Below are positions 37,961 to 50,654 of a stretch of DNA of 61,085 bases, in pieces (the stretch's first letter is position 1; every line of letters starts with the position of its first letter). Both the position numbers and the translations under genes were made by a program. The notes under the pieces were generated by a model. That model was not told where the DNA came from. It saw only the letters and a list, made by a program, of their open reading frames with translations, and ran no database searches. The DNA comes from Octopus bimaculoides (taxonomy: Eukaryota). Location: the NCBI RefSeq assembly GCF_001194135.2, contig NC_068983.1:44507336-44568420 (forward strand), read 5' to 3'.

Positions 37961-38204
37961 CAGCATCACTCAGGCTTATCATTAAGGGTCAAAATAAAGC
38001 AGCCCTGCAAAACACAACTGATCTTTACACACAGAATAACATCAAACTATTACATTTGTTAAACTTGCCCCTCTTATGTTGTCTTCTTTTTCTGCTCATT
38101 GCCTAAGATATATATATATATATACACATATATATATAAGAAAATTCAGAAAATGGAGATGTAGCATTAATATAATTTGTTAACTGAAAAAAATCCAACA
38201 TATT

Positions 38205-38285
38205 CTCTTACAGCTGTTTCAATTTTGCCTAAAGATTAAATTTCAATAATTAAATCATTGTATTAGGCAAAATCTCATCAGAAGG
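38205..38285 (-). ncRNA. Minimal hammerhead ribozyme motif with 12-bp stem II
   Basis: CTGATGA-GATTTTGCCTAA...TTAGGCAAAATT-GAAAC-AGCT-GTA; palindromic ACAGCTGT; stem I is weak. Confidence 0.65.
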
Positions 38286-40195
38286 GTAGAAAAGATATAC
38301 CATTAGGTTATTAGGTGTTGTGTTTTCAAATATTCTCAACAGACTGAATATTATTTTTATATATATATANNNNNNNNNNNNNNNNNNNNNNNNNNNNNNN
38401 NNNNNNNNNNNNNNNNNNNNNNNNNNNNNNNNNNNNNNNNNNNNNNNNNNNNNNNNNNNNNNNNNNNNNNNNNNNNNNNNNNNNNNNNNNNNNNNNNNNN
38501 NNNNNNNNNNNNNNNNNNNNNNNNNNNNNNNNNNNNNNNNNNNNNNNNNNNNNNNNNNNNNNNNNNNNNNNNNNNNNNNNNNNNNNNNNNNNNNNNNNNN
38601 NNNNNNNNNNNNNNNNNNNNNNNNNNNNNNNNNNNNNNNNNNNNNNNNNNNNNNNNNNNNNNNNNNNNNNNNNNNNNNNNNNNNNNNNNNNNNNNNNNNN
38701 NNNNNNNNNNNNNNNNNNNNNNNNNNNNNNNNNNNNNNNNNNNNNNNNNNNNNNNNNNNNNNNNNNNNNNNNNNNNNNNNNNNNNNNNNNNNNNNNNNNN
38801 NNNNNNNNNNNNNNNNNNNNNNNNNNNNNNNNNNNNNNNNNNNNNNNNNNNNNNNNNNNNNNNNNNNNNNNNNNNNNNNNNNNNNNNNNNNNNNNNNNNN
38901 CATTGCCAGTGCCGCTGGACTGGCTCCTGTGCAGGTGGCACGTAAAAAACACCATTTGTGCATGGCCGTTGCCAGTACTGCCTGACTGGCCCTCGTGCCG
39001 GTGGCACGTAAAAGCACCCACTACACTCTCGGAGTGGTTGGCGTTAGGAAGGGCATCCAGCTGTAGAAACTCTGCCAGATCAGATTGGAGCCTGGTGCTG
39101 CCATCTGGTTCGCCAGTCCTCGGTCAAATCGTCCAACCCATGCTAGCATGGAAAGCGGACGTTAAATGATGATTAAAATAGCCATTTGTGGATCATACTA
39201 ATGCAGATACATTGCGAAAAAAGCAAGTGAATATATATGTATATATCATCATTATCATCATTTAATGTTTGTTATCCATGCTGGCATGGGTGGGACAGCT
39301 TGACCAGATCTGGCATGCTGGAGAGCTGGACCAGGCCCCAGTCTGATTTGGTATGATTTCTACAGCTGGATGCCCTTCCTAGCACCAACCACATACATAT
39401 GCATTCATTCATTCACTTGACGTCATGAGTTTTAGCATTTAAACCAACCATAACTGGCCTAAATATTCTACATATTTTATGTTCAAACCAGCCAGATCCA
39501 GCCTCTCACACCTACCCTACAATGTCATTCTGAAAATAAACACATCTGTGAAATCCCAAAGCTATGAGATATATGATTTAATTCAAAACAGCATGAATAA
39601 ATAAGTGTTAAATTTGACAGAGTAATTTGGATGCTAAAGTTTCAAACAAGTTTATATTGTTGAGGCATTGCTTCAAAACCAGATGGCCCTCCTATTACTA
39701 ACTCTTACCTTTTCTTTAAGTAAGGGACTTTTCATTCCATTCGTCCTCAAAAGTGCAAAGCTACCAGGCAATGAGTTGACAAGGAAATGGTAACAGACAT
39801 CATTTTAGCTCAGTGATTTTTTTTCATGTGAGCACAAAATGTAAACATTTGCGTATGCATCATAAACATATATACATCTATATGTATGTGCACGCACACA
39901 CACATACACACAACAGGCTTTACACAGTTTCCTTCTATTATATTCACTCATAATAGAAAACACTTGCTCAAAGTATTTCGCAGTGAGACTGAGCCAGAAA
40001 CTGTGTAGCACACATGCATCATCATCATCATCATCATCATTCATCATTTAACATCAATTTTCCATGCTGGCATGGGTTGGATGGTTTGACAGAATCTGGC
40101 AACCATCAGGGCTATGTCATGTTCTAATAGCTAGCTTTCAGATTCTTTCTACAACTGGATGCCTTTCCTGATGCCAACCACCTTGCTGTGTATAG

Positions 40196-40228
<33 letters not shown>

Positions 40229-40464
40229 TGTACATATTTATATATACAACAGGCTTCTTTCAGTTTCCATCTACCACATTCATTCACAAGCCTTTGGTCA
40301 GTCTGAGGCTAAAGTAGAAGACAATTGCCCAAGGGGCCATGCAGTGGAACTGAACCTGGAACCATGCGGTTGGGAAGCAAACTTCTTACCACACAGCCTT
40401 GCCTGCACGTATACATTACATTCTTTTTATATTTTGTTTGTCTTTTTTTCTTTTGTTATTTTAG

Positions 40465-40865
40465 ACTCTCCTCTTCACATCACCTGCCAGTAACAAAGTC
40501 TTATCAAACGGACGTGTTGTCGTTATTGATAAGGCCGACCACCCAAACACTGCAGGCATAGTATTACAGAGCATGAACAATCTGAAGAACGAAAAACTCT
40601 ATGGCATTCTAGTTCTTTGTGAGAAGAATGACAATGAGCCTCTACAAGATTCCAATCACAATGCAACTGAAAAAGAAGATGAAAATAAATCTTCAGATCT
40701 TCGACCAATGCTTCCAAAACCTTTGTTCCTGCCTGAAGGCCCTGCCTGGCACAAATTACTGAAAGTCAGTGCAGATGCTATTGATTACATAACAAGCAAG
40801 ACAATTAAGATTGACCCAGAGAAAATTATCAATAATATAAAAAAAAGAAATATGCCAAGATTCAG
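40465..40865 (+). CDS. SKIV2L: SKIV2L next visible exon, arch/insertion domain (TLLFTSPASNKVLSNGRVVVI...KPLFLPEGP...MPRFR)
   Basis: GRVVV, LVLC and LFLPEGP are conserved; TTTTAG acceptor and GTAAGT donor; phase 0 to 2. Confidence 0.92.
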
Positions 40866-40880
40866 GTAAGTTATTGAACC

Positions 40881-40913
<33 letters not shown>

Positions 40914-41264
40914 TGTTTTAATGTCCTCTTTTCAATGCTTGCATGGGTTGGACAGGGTTTATTGAAGTAGATTTTCCATGCTGGCATGGATTGGACAGTT
41001 TGACATGGAGCTAGCCAGCCAGTGAGCTATCCAGACTCCAATTGTCTGTTATGGCATGGTTTCTACAGCTGGATGCCCTTTCTAACGCCAACCGCTTTAC
41101 AGGGTGAGCTGGGTGTTTTTTTACCTGCCACCGACCCAGGTGTGTTTACACAGCACCAATATGAGTGCATTTTATGAGGCACCAGCACCCATAAAAGACA
41201 AACCTGTTTGTATAAATGACAGCAATTTCCCTTAGCAAATCACCAAAACTCTTAATCCGCTGTC

Positions 41265-41442
41265 ATTTCCTCAGTGAGGTTCAGTGTGCAAAGATCCTTT
41301 CTCACCCCTTCATCCCATGTCTACTTGGGTCTAGCCCTTCCACAGATTTCCTCCACAATTAGAGCTCAGCACTGCTTTATACAGCTGTCCTCATCCATAT
41401 GCATCACATGACCAAACCAGCACAGTCCTCTCTCTTGCACAC
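41265..41442 (-). mobile_element. Degraded RTE LINE 3' fragment
   Basis: Similar to 37700-37930 at the DNA level. Confidence 0.6.
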
Positions 41443-42045
41443 AATAATGATAATGTTGATAATAATAATAATGATTAATAAGTTTCGAATTTTGGCACAA
41501 GGCCAGCAATTTTGGAAGTGTTGGTAAGTCTTACATCGACCCCAGTGCTCACTGCTACTTATTCTATAGGACTGGCTCATGTGCAGGTGGCACGTAAAAT
41601 ACACCATTTCGAGTGTGGCCATTGCCAGTACCGCCTGACTGGCCTTCGTGCCAGTGGCACATAAAAGCACCCACTACACTCTCGGAGTGGTTGGCGTTAG
41701 GAAGGGTATCTAGCTGTAGAAACTCTGCCAAATCAGATTGGAGCCTGGTGGAGCCACCTGGTCCACCAGTCCTCAGTCAAATCGTTCAACCCATGCTAGC
41801 ATGGAAAGTGGACGTTAAACGATGATGATGATCCCAATGTGATAACAGACAAAGTCGACCTCAGCAGAATTTGAACTCAGAACATACATACAGACAAAAT
41901 GCCTCTATGTATTTTGTCTGGCATGGTAATCATTCCACCAGCTCATCACCTTACAATGATAAATAAAAATAACGACTTTGTGGCACCATGTGTGTGTGTA
42001 TTAGTTGTGTATTTATATTGTCATTCTTGTTTTGTTTATTTGCAG

Positions 42046-42256
42046 AGATGAACCACCAAGTCAGTCTGTCAGTGTAGCTACCCAAGAACTGTTACGTCTG
42101 TCCGAAACTAATCCAAATGGCATGACCAAAATCAATATGATTAAAGACCTAAACATCAGAGATATTGATCAAATGGAGAAGTGCCGAAGCATTCAATATT
42201 TAGAAACACAAATAGCTCAATATAACTGTGTCAACTGTCCCCATTTTATGGAACAT
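42046..42256 (+). CDS. SKIV2L: SKIV2L exon (DEPPSQSVSVATQELLRL...NCVNCPHFMEH)
   Basis: Matches DPPLAAVTTAVQELLRL...CVHSPRF; phase 2 to 0. Confidence 0.93.
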
Positions 42257-43405
42257 GTTAGTATAAAAGACTCTTTCTTTTTCTTTCCCTCTACCCTTAC
42301 AACTGTTGCCTTCCTCCCTCTCCCACTTACCCTATCTGTTCTCCACACACACTCTTGCAAACCCCCCATTATTCCCCACCTGCTACTGCTATCTGTAGTG
42401 CCACCTGGACACCTCATCAATACTATCTATCTCCTTAGATGGAAATTACAAAAAAGTTACCTTCTCGAGTCGTATATATTCCCCACATGGATGGGACACC
42501 ACAGGATTACTTATTTTTGCCAGCTGAGTAGACTGGAGCAATGAGTGAAATGAAGTGTTTTGCTCAAGAGCACAATGTATTGCCTGGTCCAAGAATCGAA
42601 ACCAAAATATTACAATCATGAGTCCAAAACTCTAACCACTATGCCAGTGGTATTTGGATGGAAATACCTCTAACTCATTCGTAATCTCTCTATGCTTAAT
42701 GTGAGTAGCTCTTCTACAACAAGAACCTGCTCTACTCCAACCTTTTCTCTCATAACTTAACCCTTGAGTATTTAAACCAGTCATATATGACCAAAATATT
42801 CTCCCTGCTTTATGTTGAAGTGGTCAGATCTGATCCCTCAAACCTACCCTACAGTGTCATTCTAAAGTTAAACTAGCATCTCATCAGAGTCTTGAAACTA
42901 CATTGAAGCTACATCTCCCCATACAGAATTACGATCATTTTTATCATCATTATCATCATCATCATCATCATTTAACATCTGTCTACTATACTGGCGTAGA
43001 GTAGGATTGTTCAAAAGAATCTGACAAGTGCAGGGTCTACTTCAATGACCAATGTCTGCATTGGCAGCGTTTCTACAGCTGGATGCCCTTCCTAATATCA
43101 GACACTTTACAGAGTATACAGGATGTTTTGTGCATGGCACCTGCACTAGTGAGATCAACAAGTAACGAGCAGGACATAAAAAAGAACCTCCACAACTGAA
43201 TGGAGTGTTGTAGAGAGAAAGGTTGCTTCATGCTCAATTTTCAGAGGCTAAATTATAACGGAGGTTTAAGTGTGCTTTGAAAATGTCTACTTGCATAAAG
43301 TTTTATCATATTTTCATCATAAACAGATTTATAAAGAAGTTTCCTCTTTCTCTCTAGCAGCTAATTACCTAATGTCTTATATTTTTTTATTCATGCTTAT
43401 TTCAG

Positions 43406-43516
43406 TTCAAACAAGTCCATACAAACCAAATGATGAAGAAGAAGTACAAGAAATTATCATTCCTGGTATCAGACGCAAGTCTGTCATTGTTACCAGAATA
43501 CCAACAGAGAATTGAA
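43406..43516 (+). CDS. SKIV2L: SKIV2L exon (FKQVHTNQMMKKKYKKLSFLVSDASLSLLPEYQQRIE)
   Basis: Conserved SDxSLxLLPEYxQR; canonical splice sites. Confidence 0.95.
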
Positions 43517-44280
43517 GTAAGTAGCTTTGTCCCCCTCCTCTTATGTGTATTGGAATGGGTGCAGGCATGGCTGTGTGGTTTAGAAGTTCACTTCACTGCC
43601 ATGTGGCTCTGGGTTCAATCCTATTGCACTTTTCCTTGGACAGGTGTCTTTTACTATAGCTTTATGCTAATCAATGCTTGGTAAGTGTATTTGGTAGATA
43701 GAAACTGCAGGAAGCCCATTATGTGCATGTGTGTGTGCACGCATGCATGCATGTGCATGCACAAATGTGTATGAGCAAAATGGTGATATTGATTGTCATT
43801 CTGTGCTTTTGAAGACCTTTGGAATTAAAAAACCCACTTACTTGTAGAACAGGTGAGGATAGGCAACAGAAAGAGCATACAGTTGTAAAATCCTGCCCCA
43901 AATAACTCCCTGTCTAACCTATGCTGGCATGGGAAAATGTATGTTAAATAAGTGAACAAACAAACATATTTGAATGATGTGATACAGTGATGTTTCTGTC
44001 TGCCAAATCCACTCACAAGGTTTTGGCCAGCCGGCGGCTATAGTAGAAGAGTCTTGCTCAAGGTGCCACACAGTGGGACTGAACCCAGAACAATGTAATT
44101 GGAAAGCAAACTTCTTACCACACAGCCATGTCTGTGCTTGTTATTTAGAAATTAAATGAAAGAGAAGATAACAGATTCTTTTGTGTTCTTAAATAGTTAA
44201 ATAGCATGCACGTGCACAGACACACACGCATACATGCTTTTTTTTTTTATAATATGATTTATTCATTATATTTTTCCTAG

Positions 44281-44499
44281 GTGTTAAAAAGCTTCAAGTA
44301 CCTGAACCAGACATGTACAGTTCAACTAAAAGGACGTGTGGCTTGTGAAATTAGTAACCATGAGCTGATGATTACTGAACTAATCCTCAACAACATCTTC
44401 ACACAACTTCAACCGGCTGAGATTGCAGCAACCTTGTCCTGTGTTGTATTCGAAGTGAAACATTGCAGCAAACCTGAATTGACTTCTGTACTCAAAAAG
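44281..44499 (+). CDS. SKIV2L: SKIV2L exon (VLKSFKYL...KGRVACEISNHELMITEL...ELTSVLKK)
   Basis: Conserved GRVAC/HEL; canonical splice sites. Confidence 0.96.
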
Positions 44500-46011
44500 G
44501 TAAGGACAACAGCAGCAATACATGTAAGGCTTAAAAGATGGCAAGCTGGCAGAATCATTAGCATGCCAGGCAAGATGCATAGCGACATGAATTCTTTGTG
44601 TGTATAATGAAATAGTAGTTTCATGTGTATATATAAAAGGTGTGACTGAGTGGTAAGAAGCTTGCTTCCCAACCACACGGTTCTGGGTTCAGGCTTTGGA
44701 CCAACCAAAGCCTTGAGTGTATTTCATAGATGGAAACTGAAAGAAGCCTGACACACCCACATAAATATATACATCATCATCGTTTAACGTCCGCTTTCTG
44801 AGCTGGCATGGGTTGGACGGTTTGACTGAGGTCTGGAGAGCCAGCAGCTGCACCAGGCTCCAATCTGATCTGGCAGAGTTTCTACAGCTGGATGCCCTTC
44901 CTAATGCCAACCACTCCGAGAGTGTAGAGGGTGCTTTTATGTGCCACCGGCACAAGAGCCAGTCAGACGGTACTGGCAACGGCCACGCTCAAAATGGTGT
45001 TTCTTACGTGCCAACTCTTTTGCATTCTTAACTAAAATTGATGAGTTTTATGGGACTTCTTTTCATAAATTCACCACACACCATATACAAATATTACTTT
45101 CATATCTTTGCAAATTTACACCTGTAAAATACCAGCAAAATATGAAGAATCAACATTAGAAATCTTTTTTGGAAGCCTCCAAATTAAAGGACAAATCTAC
45201 ATATATGTATATATATATATATCATCATCATCATCATCATCATCATCGTTTAACATCCGCTTTCCATGCTAGCATGGGTTGGACGATTTGACTGAGGACT
45301 GGTGAAACCAGATGGCAACACCAGGTTCCAATCTGATTTGGCAGAGTTTCTATAGCTGGATGCCCTTCCTAACGCCAACCACTCAGAGAGTGTAGTGGGT
45401 GCTTTTACATGCCACCTGCACAAAGGCCAGTCAGGTGGTACTGGCATCGGCCACGCTCAAAATGGTGTATTTGATGTGCCACCTGCACAAGAGCCAGTCC
45501 AGGGGCACTGGCAACGATCTCACTCGAAAATCCTTATATATATATATATGTAATGTAATGAAACAACTGTTGAAAGTGTCGTCGTTTTATGTGCCACCTG
45601 CACAGGAGCCAGACCGGCAGTACTGGCAACGACCTTGCTCGAATGTCTTTTCACATGCCAGGAAGGCGACGCTATATAATATTGTGTAGAAAAGGTACAG
45701 TATTGTATGCTTTATAAAACATACATGCATTTTGGCAAATTACTGCCATGATTACATATTTGCTGTTGAGACATTATATAATCCTGTCAATACACTTCTT
45801 CGGTGTTCAATAAGAAATACATATATTTATTCTTCAAATTCTGTGCCTTCATGTTTTTTGTTAACTCTTAATTGTTTTCTTCTTCATCTTCTTTATCCTC
45901 TTCTACCTTTCATCTTCTTACCTCGTCTTCTGTTCCTAATTTCCCTAAAATCTCTTCCCGCTTCTACTTCTATTATCTTCTTAAACAACTTTATCTCGTG
46001 TCAATCTCTAG

Positions 46012-46152
46012 TGCCGGAAACAAGTTTTGGATATTGCAGCCAGTATAGCAGAGAAGCAGAAAGAATTTGGTATAACTATCTCAGTTGAAGAATATCAAGA
46101 GTCATTCCATTTTGGTTTAATGGAAGTAGTCTATGAGTGGGCTCGTGGTATG
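46012..46152 (+). CDS. SKIV2L: SKIV2L exon (CRKQVLDIAASIAEKQKEFG...FGLMEVVYEWARGM)
   Basis: DSHCT motif FGLxEVVYEWARGM; CTCTAG acceptor and GTAAGT donor. Confidence 0.96.
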
Positions 46153-47056
46153 GTAAGTATTCTCATTTGATCATCACTTGTATTGTCTTCATGTGAATAT
46201 GCATGGCCTAGTGATTCAAGTGTCACATTTACAACCACCAGATCTTGGATTCAATTCCCAAACTGGGCAGTACGTTGTGTTCTTGAGCAAGACACTTCAT
46301 TTCACATTGCTCTAATGCTATGTGGGGACTGGCATGTCAAAGAATAGACCCAACATTTCCTCTCTGTGTTGTAAAAGACATTGAGGTTGGATTTGCACTC
46401 TGACCTCATAAAACCCTGATCAGCAATGACTACCCAAACAGATCCGGGGGTTGGAGGGCTGTTATCTGAGTGGTGCAAAGGTGTCATCTGCCAGGAGTAG
46501 TAGGGAATCACCAACAAATGGTGGCTGCAGTGACGTGCTGTTACAGCACGTTCCCATATTATTACTACTACTTTTTTTTTTTTTTTTTTTCATTGAACCA
46601 AGCTTCTAAACATCTTCACAAATTTTCAGCAGACTTTGTGTTCATTTTCCTAAATATGAATTGTACCAATTATTTGGTAGGCAGTGGAGATTGATTTGTT
46701 TTTGTTTGTTTGTTTGTTGTTGTGTGTGTTGTTTTGTTTTTTGCAAATTATAAACCATAACATAATGAAATGAAAAGTAATGGCCCTTAGTTTGTTTAAT
46801 CACCAAAATCAATAATTTTTTTTTTTTTGATAGAATTTTAAAATTCTATTGATCAAGTTCCAGAATGTTGCTTCTTGCTGGAGCATGGAAAAATGGATGT
46901 TAAAGTGATGACAGCAATGGTGATGGTAACAACAATAACAATGATGACACAGTCAAGAGAAGTGAAAATATGTCATTCAGCTGGCTTATCCTTTTCAAAT
47001 CCTAATCTTTCATCTCTCTACAACAAATCCCAACCAGTTCTATATTTAAGAGACGA

Positions 47057-47810
47057 GGAATTATTTACATTATTTACATTTGACGGATATTTGTTTGTTG
47101 TTAACACAAGGTGTCTTGGGGGAATTTCGAACCTGGGTTCTCATTCCTAAGGTATTTTTCAACATTATTAATACAATACTTCACAAATATCTCCTTTGAG
47201 TAAAACCACCAACAGAAGAGAATAAGACCATGCAGCTGTGGTAGGTTATACAAAGGTGAAACATGTCGCCCCCTCAAAATAAGGGTAGATGAACATCGCA
47301 AAGCTGTGTGACACGAGGAGATATTGATAAATCGGGTATAGCTGATCATGTATGGAAAAATGAAGACCACCTCCCTGTGTAGGATGAAGTTAAAATAATA
47401 GACAGAGAACACCACTGGAAAATATGAAAACTAAAAGAAGCAGCACATATGCTAGGACTCAACAACCTCCTAAGCAGACCGAGTGCAGATATGAGTAGCA
47501 TATGGGAACCGGTATTAAGGAAGGATAGGAGAATATTAGATTTATAAGCCCTAAAATTCACTCCATAATTGCCCATGGGCATATGGTGTAGTGGTTAGGA
47601 GCACGAGCTACTAACCCTAAGATTCCAAGTTCAATTCCAGGCAGTGACCAGAATGATAACAACATTGAAAAATACCTTAGGAATGAGAACCCAGGTTCGA
47701 AATTTCCCTAAGATATCTGATGAAGGCTGGAGGGTGTATCAGCTGAAACTTTGTGTTAACAACAAGCAAGATGAGGACAAATATCTGTCAAATGTAAATC
47801 ATATAAATCC
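47057..47810 (+). mobile_element. Penelope-like element remnant: GIY-YIG endonuclease fragment (47228-47547) between inverted terminal repeats
   Basis: PCSCGRLYKGETCRPLKIRVDEH...IADHVW...KLKEA with stops and a frameshift; 47057-47168 is the reverse complement of 47655-47810. Confidence 0.7.
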
Positions 47811-48790
47811 TAACCAAGCCATGATACAATCAGCCAAAAGAATCAATAATCCCTCCAATATATACTACATTGTCTCAATATGCCATATCCTTGGATCCAG
47901 ACACCTGCTATAATTCACCCAGTGAACTGGCAGAATCATTACCACACCGGGGGAAATGCTTGGTGGTATTTTATATCTGACTTTACATTCTGACTTTAAA
48001 TTCCAATAAGGCCAACTTTGCCTTTCATCCTTTTGGAGTCAATTAAAATAAATACCAGTTAAATACTGGGGTCAATGCAATCATTTTAACTACTCCTAGC
48101 TAAGATTATATAAACTGCACCCCTCTGCCAAGCCACATTGAGCCAGTATGGTGAAGTAGGCTCGTCAAACCAGTATGGTCTCAAACTCAAATTCATGGCT
48201 TTCACATGGTTAATGGAGAAAACATGATGAGGCCTTCATCCTGCAGTGGACTGGTGATAGAATTTATTTACTGATACTGTTGTACATAGGTGTTTGAAAG
48301 TTGTGGTTTCTTTGGTATGTTTGTTCCCAAACAACACTTATTTTAGTGCTGTTGACACTGCCAGATTAAATAGTACTGCCTAGGTGTCGAAACCATAATG
48401 ATATCCATGGGGCAGCTGATGATGGGGGTATGTTGGATTGTTGGTATGGCTGTTTTTGTATATGTGGAATAGTATTATAATACATCCTTTTGATATAAAA
48501 TCCATCTCAACAAAGCCCATCCAACCCATGTAAGCATGGAAAAGTGGATGTTAAATGACATATATGGTAGCTACTTTCAATTTCTTTCTACCAGATCTAC
48601 ACAAAAAGACTGGTCAACCCAGGGTTATATTTGGAAACACTTGTCCAAGGTGCCATGGAGCAGGATTGAACCTGAAACCTGAATATGTCTGAAAAGCAAG
48701 CTTCTTAACCTAACAGTCATGCCTGTGCTTATACACATATGCCTACCACAGTTTCCTCAATATAATTGCTTTCTTTTCAATCTCTTTCAG

Positions 48791-48994
48791 CCTTTCTCTG
48801 ATATTACCGAACTCACCGACGTACAGGAAGGTATCATAGTGCGCTGTATCCAACGTTTAAACGAAGTCCTCATGGACGTTCGAAATGCAGCAAGACTTAT
48901 TGGAGACCCAGTTTTATGCCAGAAGATGGAAGAAGCTTCAACTTTAATCAAACGTGACATTGTCTTTACAGCCAGTCTCTACACACAAGAATGA
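48791..48994 (+). CDS. SKIV2L: SKIV2L last coding exon ([23 protein letters not shown]...[15 protein letters not shown])
   Basis: DSHCT C-terminus ending in a TGA stop. Confidence 0.97.
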   Translation, partial: PFSDITELTDVQEGIIVRCIQRLNEVLMDVRNAARLIGDPVLCQKMEEASTLIKRDIVFTASLYTQE

Positions 48995-48999
48995 ATAAA
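48994..48999 (+). terminator. AATAAA polyadenylation signal candidate overlapping the stop codon; a second AATAAA lies at 49097-49102
   Basis: Sequence TGAATAAA, followed by T-rich sequence downstream. Confidence 0.4.
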
Positions 49000-49362
49000 G
49001 TTACAGAAACAAAGAGTAAAAGCTTGATCTACAATTATTTTGAAATCTGACTATTATTATTATTATTATTATTTTATTTTATTTTTCATTGGAAGAAATA
49101 AACTATATGTTGCTAATTAATGTTGTTATTTAATACATGAACAAATGTTTACCCAAATATTTGTTACTTATACTTTCATCAAAACACACTGCTTTAGTTT
49201 CAATTAAATTTGAAAGCAATAAAGAATTTAGTAAAACTATCCAGTCATTATTAAACTGACATTTAGAACATAAATTAACATAACATTTTGCAAGAAGATT
49301 TTAATTTAGATCACCTTAAAACACTAAACTTGGCTTACGAAGACTTGTTGAGGCAAGCGAAA

Positions 49363-49755
49363 GTGAAATCATGATGGCACCTGTACCAGTAGATCACTAA
49401 GAGCACCGTCTGAGCGTGATCGTTACCAACGTCGCCCTCCTCGCACGTGAAAAGACATTCGAGCAAGTTCGTTGCCAGTACTGCTGGACTGGCTCCTGTG
49501 CAGGTGGCACGTAAAATACACCATTTTGAGCGTGGCTGTTGCCAGTACCGCCTGACTGGCCTTCGTGCTGGTGGCATGTAAAAGCACCCACTATACTCTT
49601 GGAGTGGCTGGCGTTAGGAAGGGCATCCAGCTGTAGAAACTCTGCCAAATCAGATTGGAGCCTGGTGTAACCATCTGGTTCACCAGTCCTCAGTCAAATC
49701 GTCCAACCCATGCTAGCATGGAAAGCGGACGTTAAACGATGATGATGATGATGAT
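49363..49755 (+). mobile_element. High-copy SINE-like family A with (GAT)n tail. Other copies: 57-226, 2552-2716, 2743-2877, 17803-18180, 26041-26187, 28556-28914, 38901-39172, 41569-41831, 56222-56540, 60585-60740 (+); 44774-45012, 45223-45670, 50479-50652 (-)
   Basis: Shared core AAAGCACCCACTACACTCTCGGAGTGGTTGGCGTTAGGAAGGGCATCCAGCTGTAGAAAC ... GGACGTTAAACGATGATGATG. Confidence 0.9.
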
Positions 49756-50654
49756 TAAAACATGAATGGCTTATGAGGACTGTATGAAACATTTACAAAA
49801 GTACAGTCAACAAAGAATTTAATAAGCAAATTTACTATACAAGTAGGGGTCTGTTGGGGCTCAGTTTTAAGCCCCTTTATATTCATTAGTCTTTAGGCTA
49901 TAACGCAAGCTTAAGACCTGCTTTCTGTGAGAACTTGTATTCTGATTACATGAAGGCCTCAAAATAAATTTAATGGAGGTTAAAGTTTTAGAAAGACCCT
50001 TCAGCCTGGGCTATGGTTATACTCAGTATGCAAAATAGTAGATTGATCACAGATACAAAATAATTATGTGTGGAAGATGCAAATGAGAAAATTAGCATTA
50101 AGAGTACATGTGGAATAAAATCTTAAAATAGCTCAGAAGGCTCTCAAGAAGTAGTTTACAGCTTTTGTTATCTTTGCTGCTAATTTGTGGCCTAATTAGT
50201 AATGAAGTTGTGTACTTAAAGCTTAGTAGCCACTAAGGATGGTGGTAAAAAAGAAATTTAGGGAGCTGTTGCTTCTACATATTACAAAGGATTTTGTTAT
50301 TCAGCTGGGCAACTGATTGCAGTATCAGTGATTTTTCCATTCCCTGTCCTCCTATATGAATAGGTGGATTTTGTCTTCACATGTGGTTGGCAGTCAGTAC
50401 ATGTAGCATTGTCACAGCTGCTGCTGGGTGATTTTCGCCTTCCACTGTTGTAGTTGTTATTAAACAGTATATCCCTGATCATGGTTTAATGTCCTCTTTC
50501 CATGCTGGCATGGGTTGGACAGTTTGACTGATGACTGGCAAGCCAGTAGGCTACACCAGGTTCCAATCTAATCTGGCAAAGTTTCTATAGCTGGATGCCC
50601 TTCCTAACACCAACCACTCCAAGAGAGTAGTGGGTGCATTTTATGTGCCACCAG

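Larger units (their letters stand above)
12001..48994 (+). other. SKIV2L: SKIV2L/SKIC2 (Ski2-like DExH RNA helicase, SKI complex) gene span, ATG to stop; 23 visible coding exons
   Basis: Exon phases are consistent throughout and total 3621 nt (1206 aa + stop). Motifs [25 protein letters not shown], the Ski2-specific N-terminal YPFWPGG and the C-terminal [12 protein letters not shown] are all present. Confidence 0.95.

Noticed and set aside
39181-39225. Short open frame PFVDHTNADTLRKKQ before GTGAAT, as a candidate missing SKIV2L exon
   Set aside because: No pyrimidine tract and no similarity to the missing Ski2 segment.
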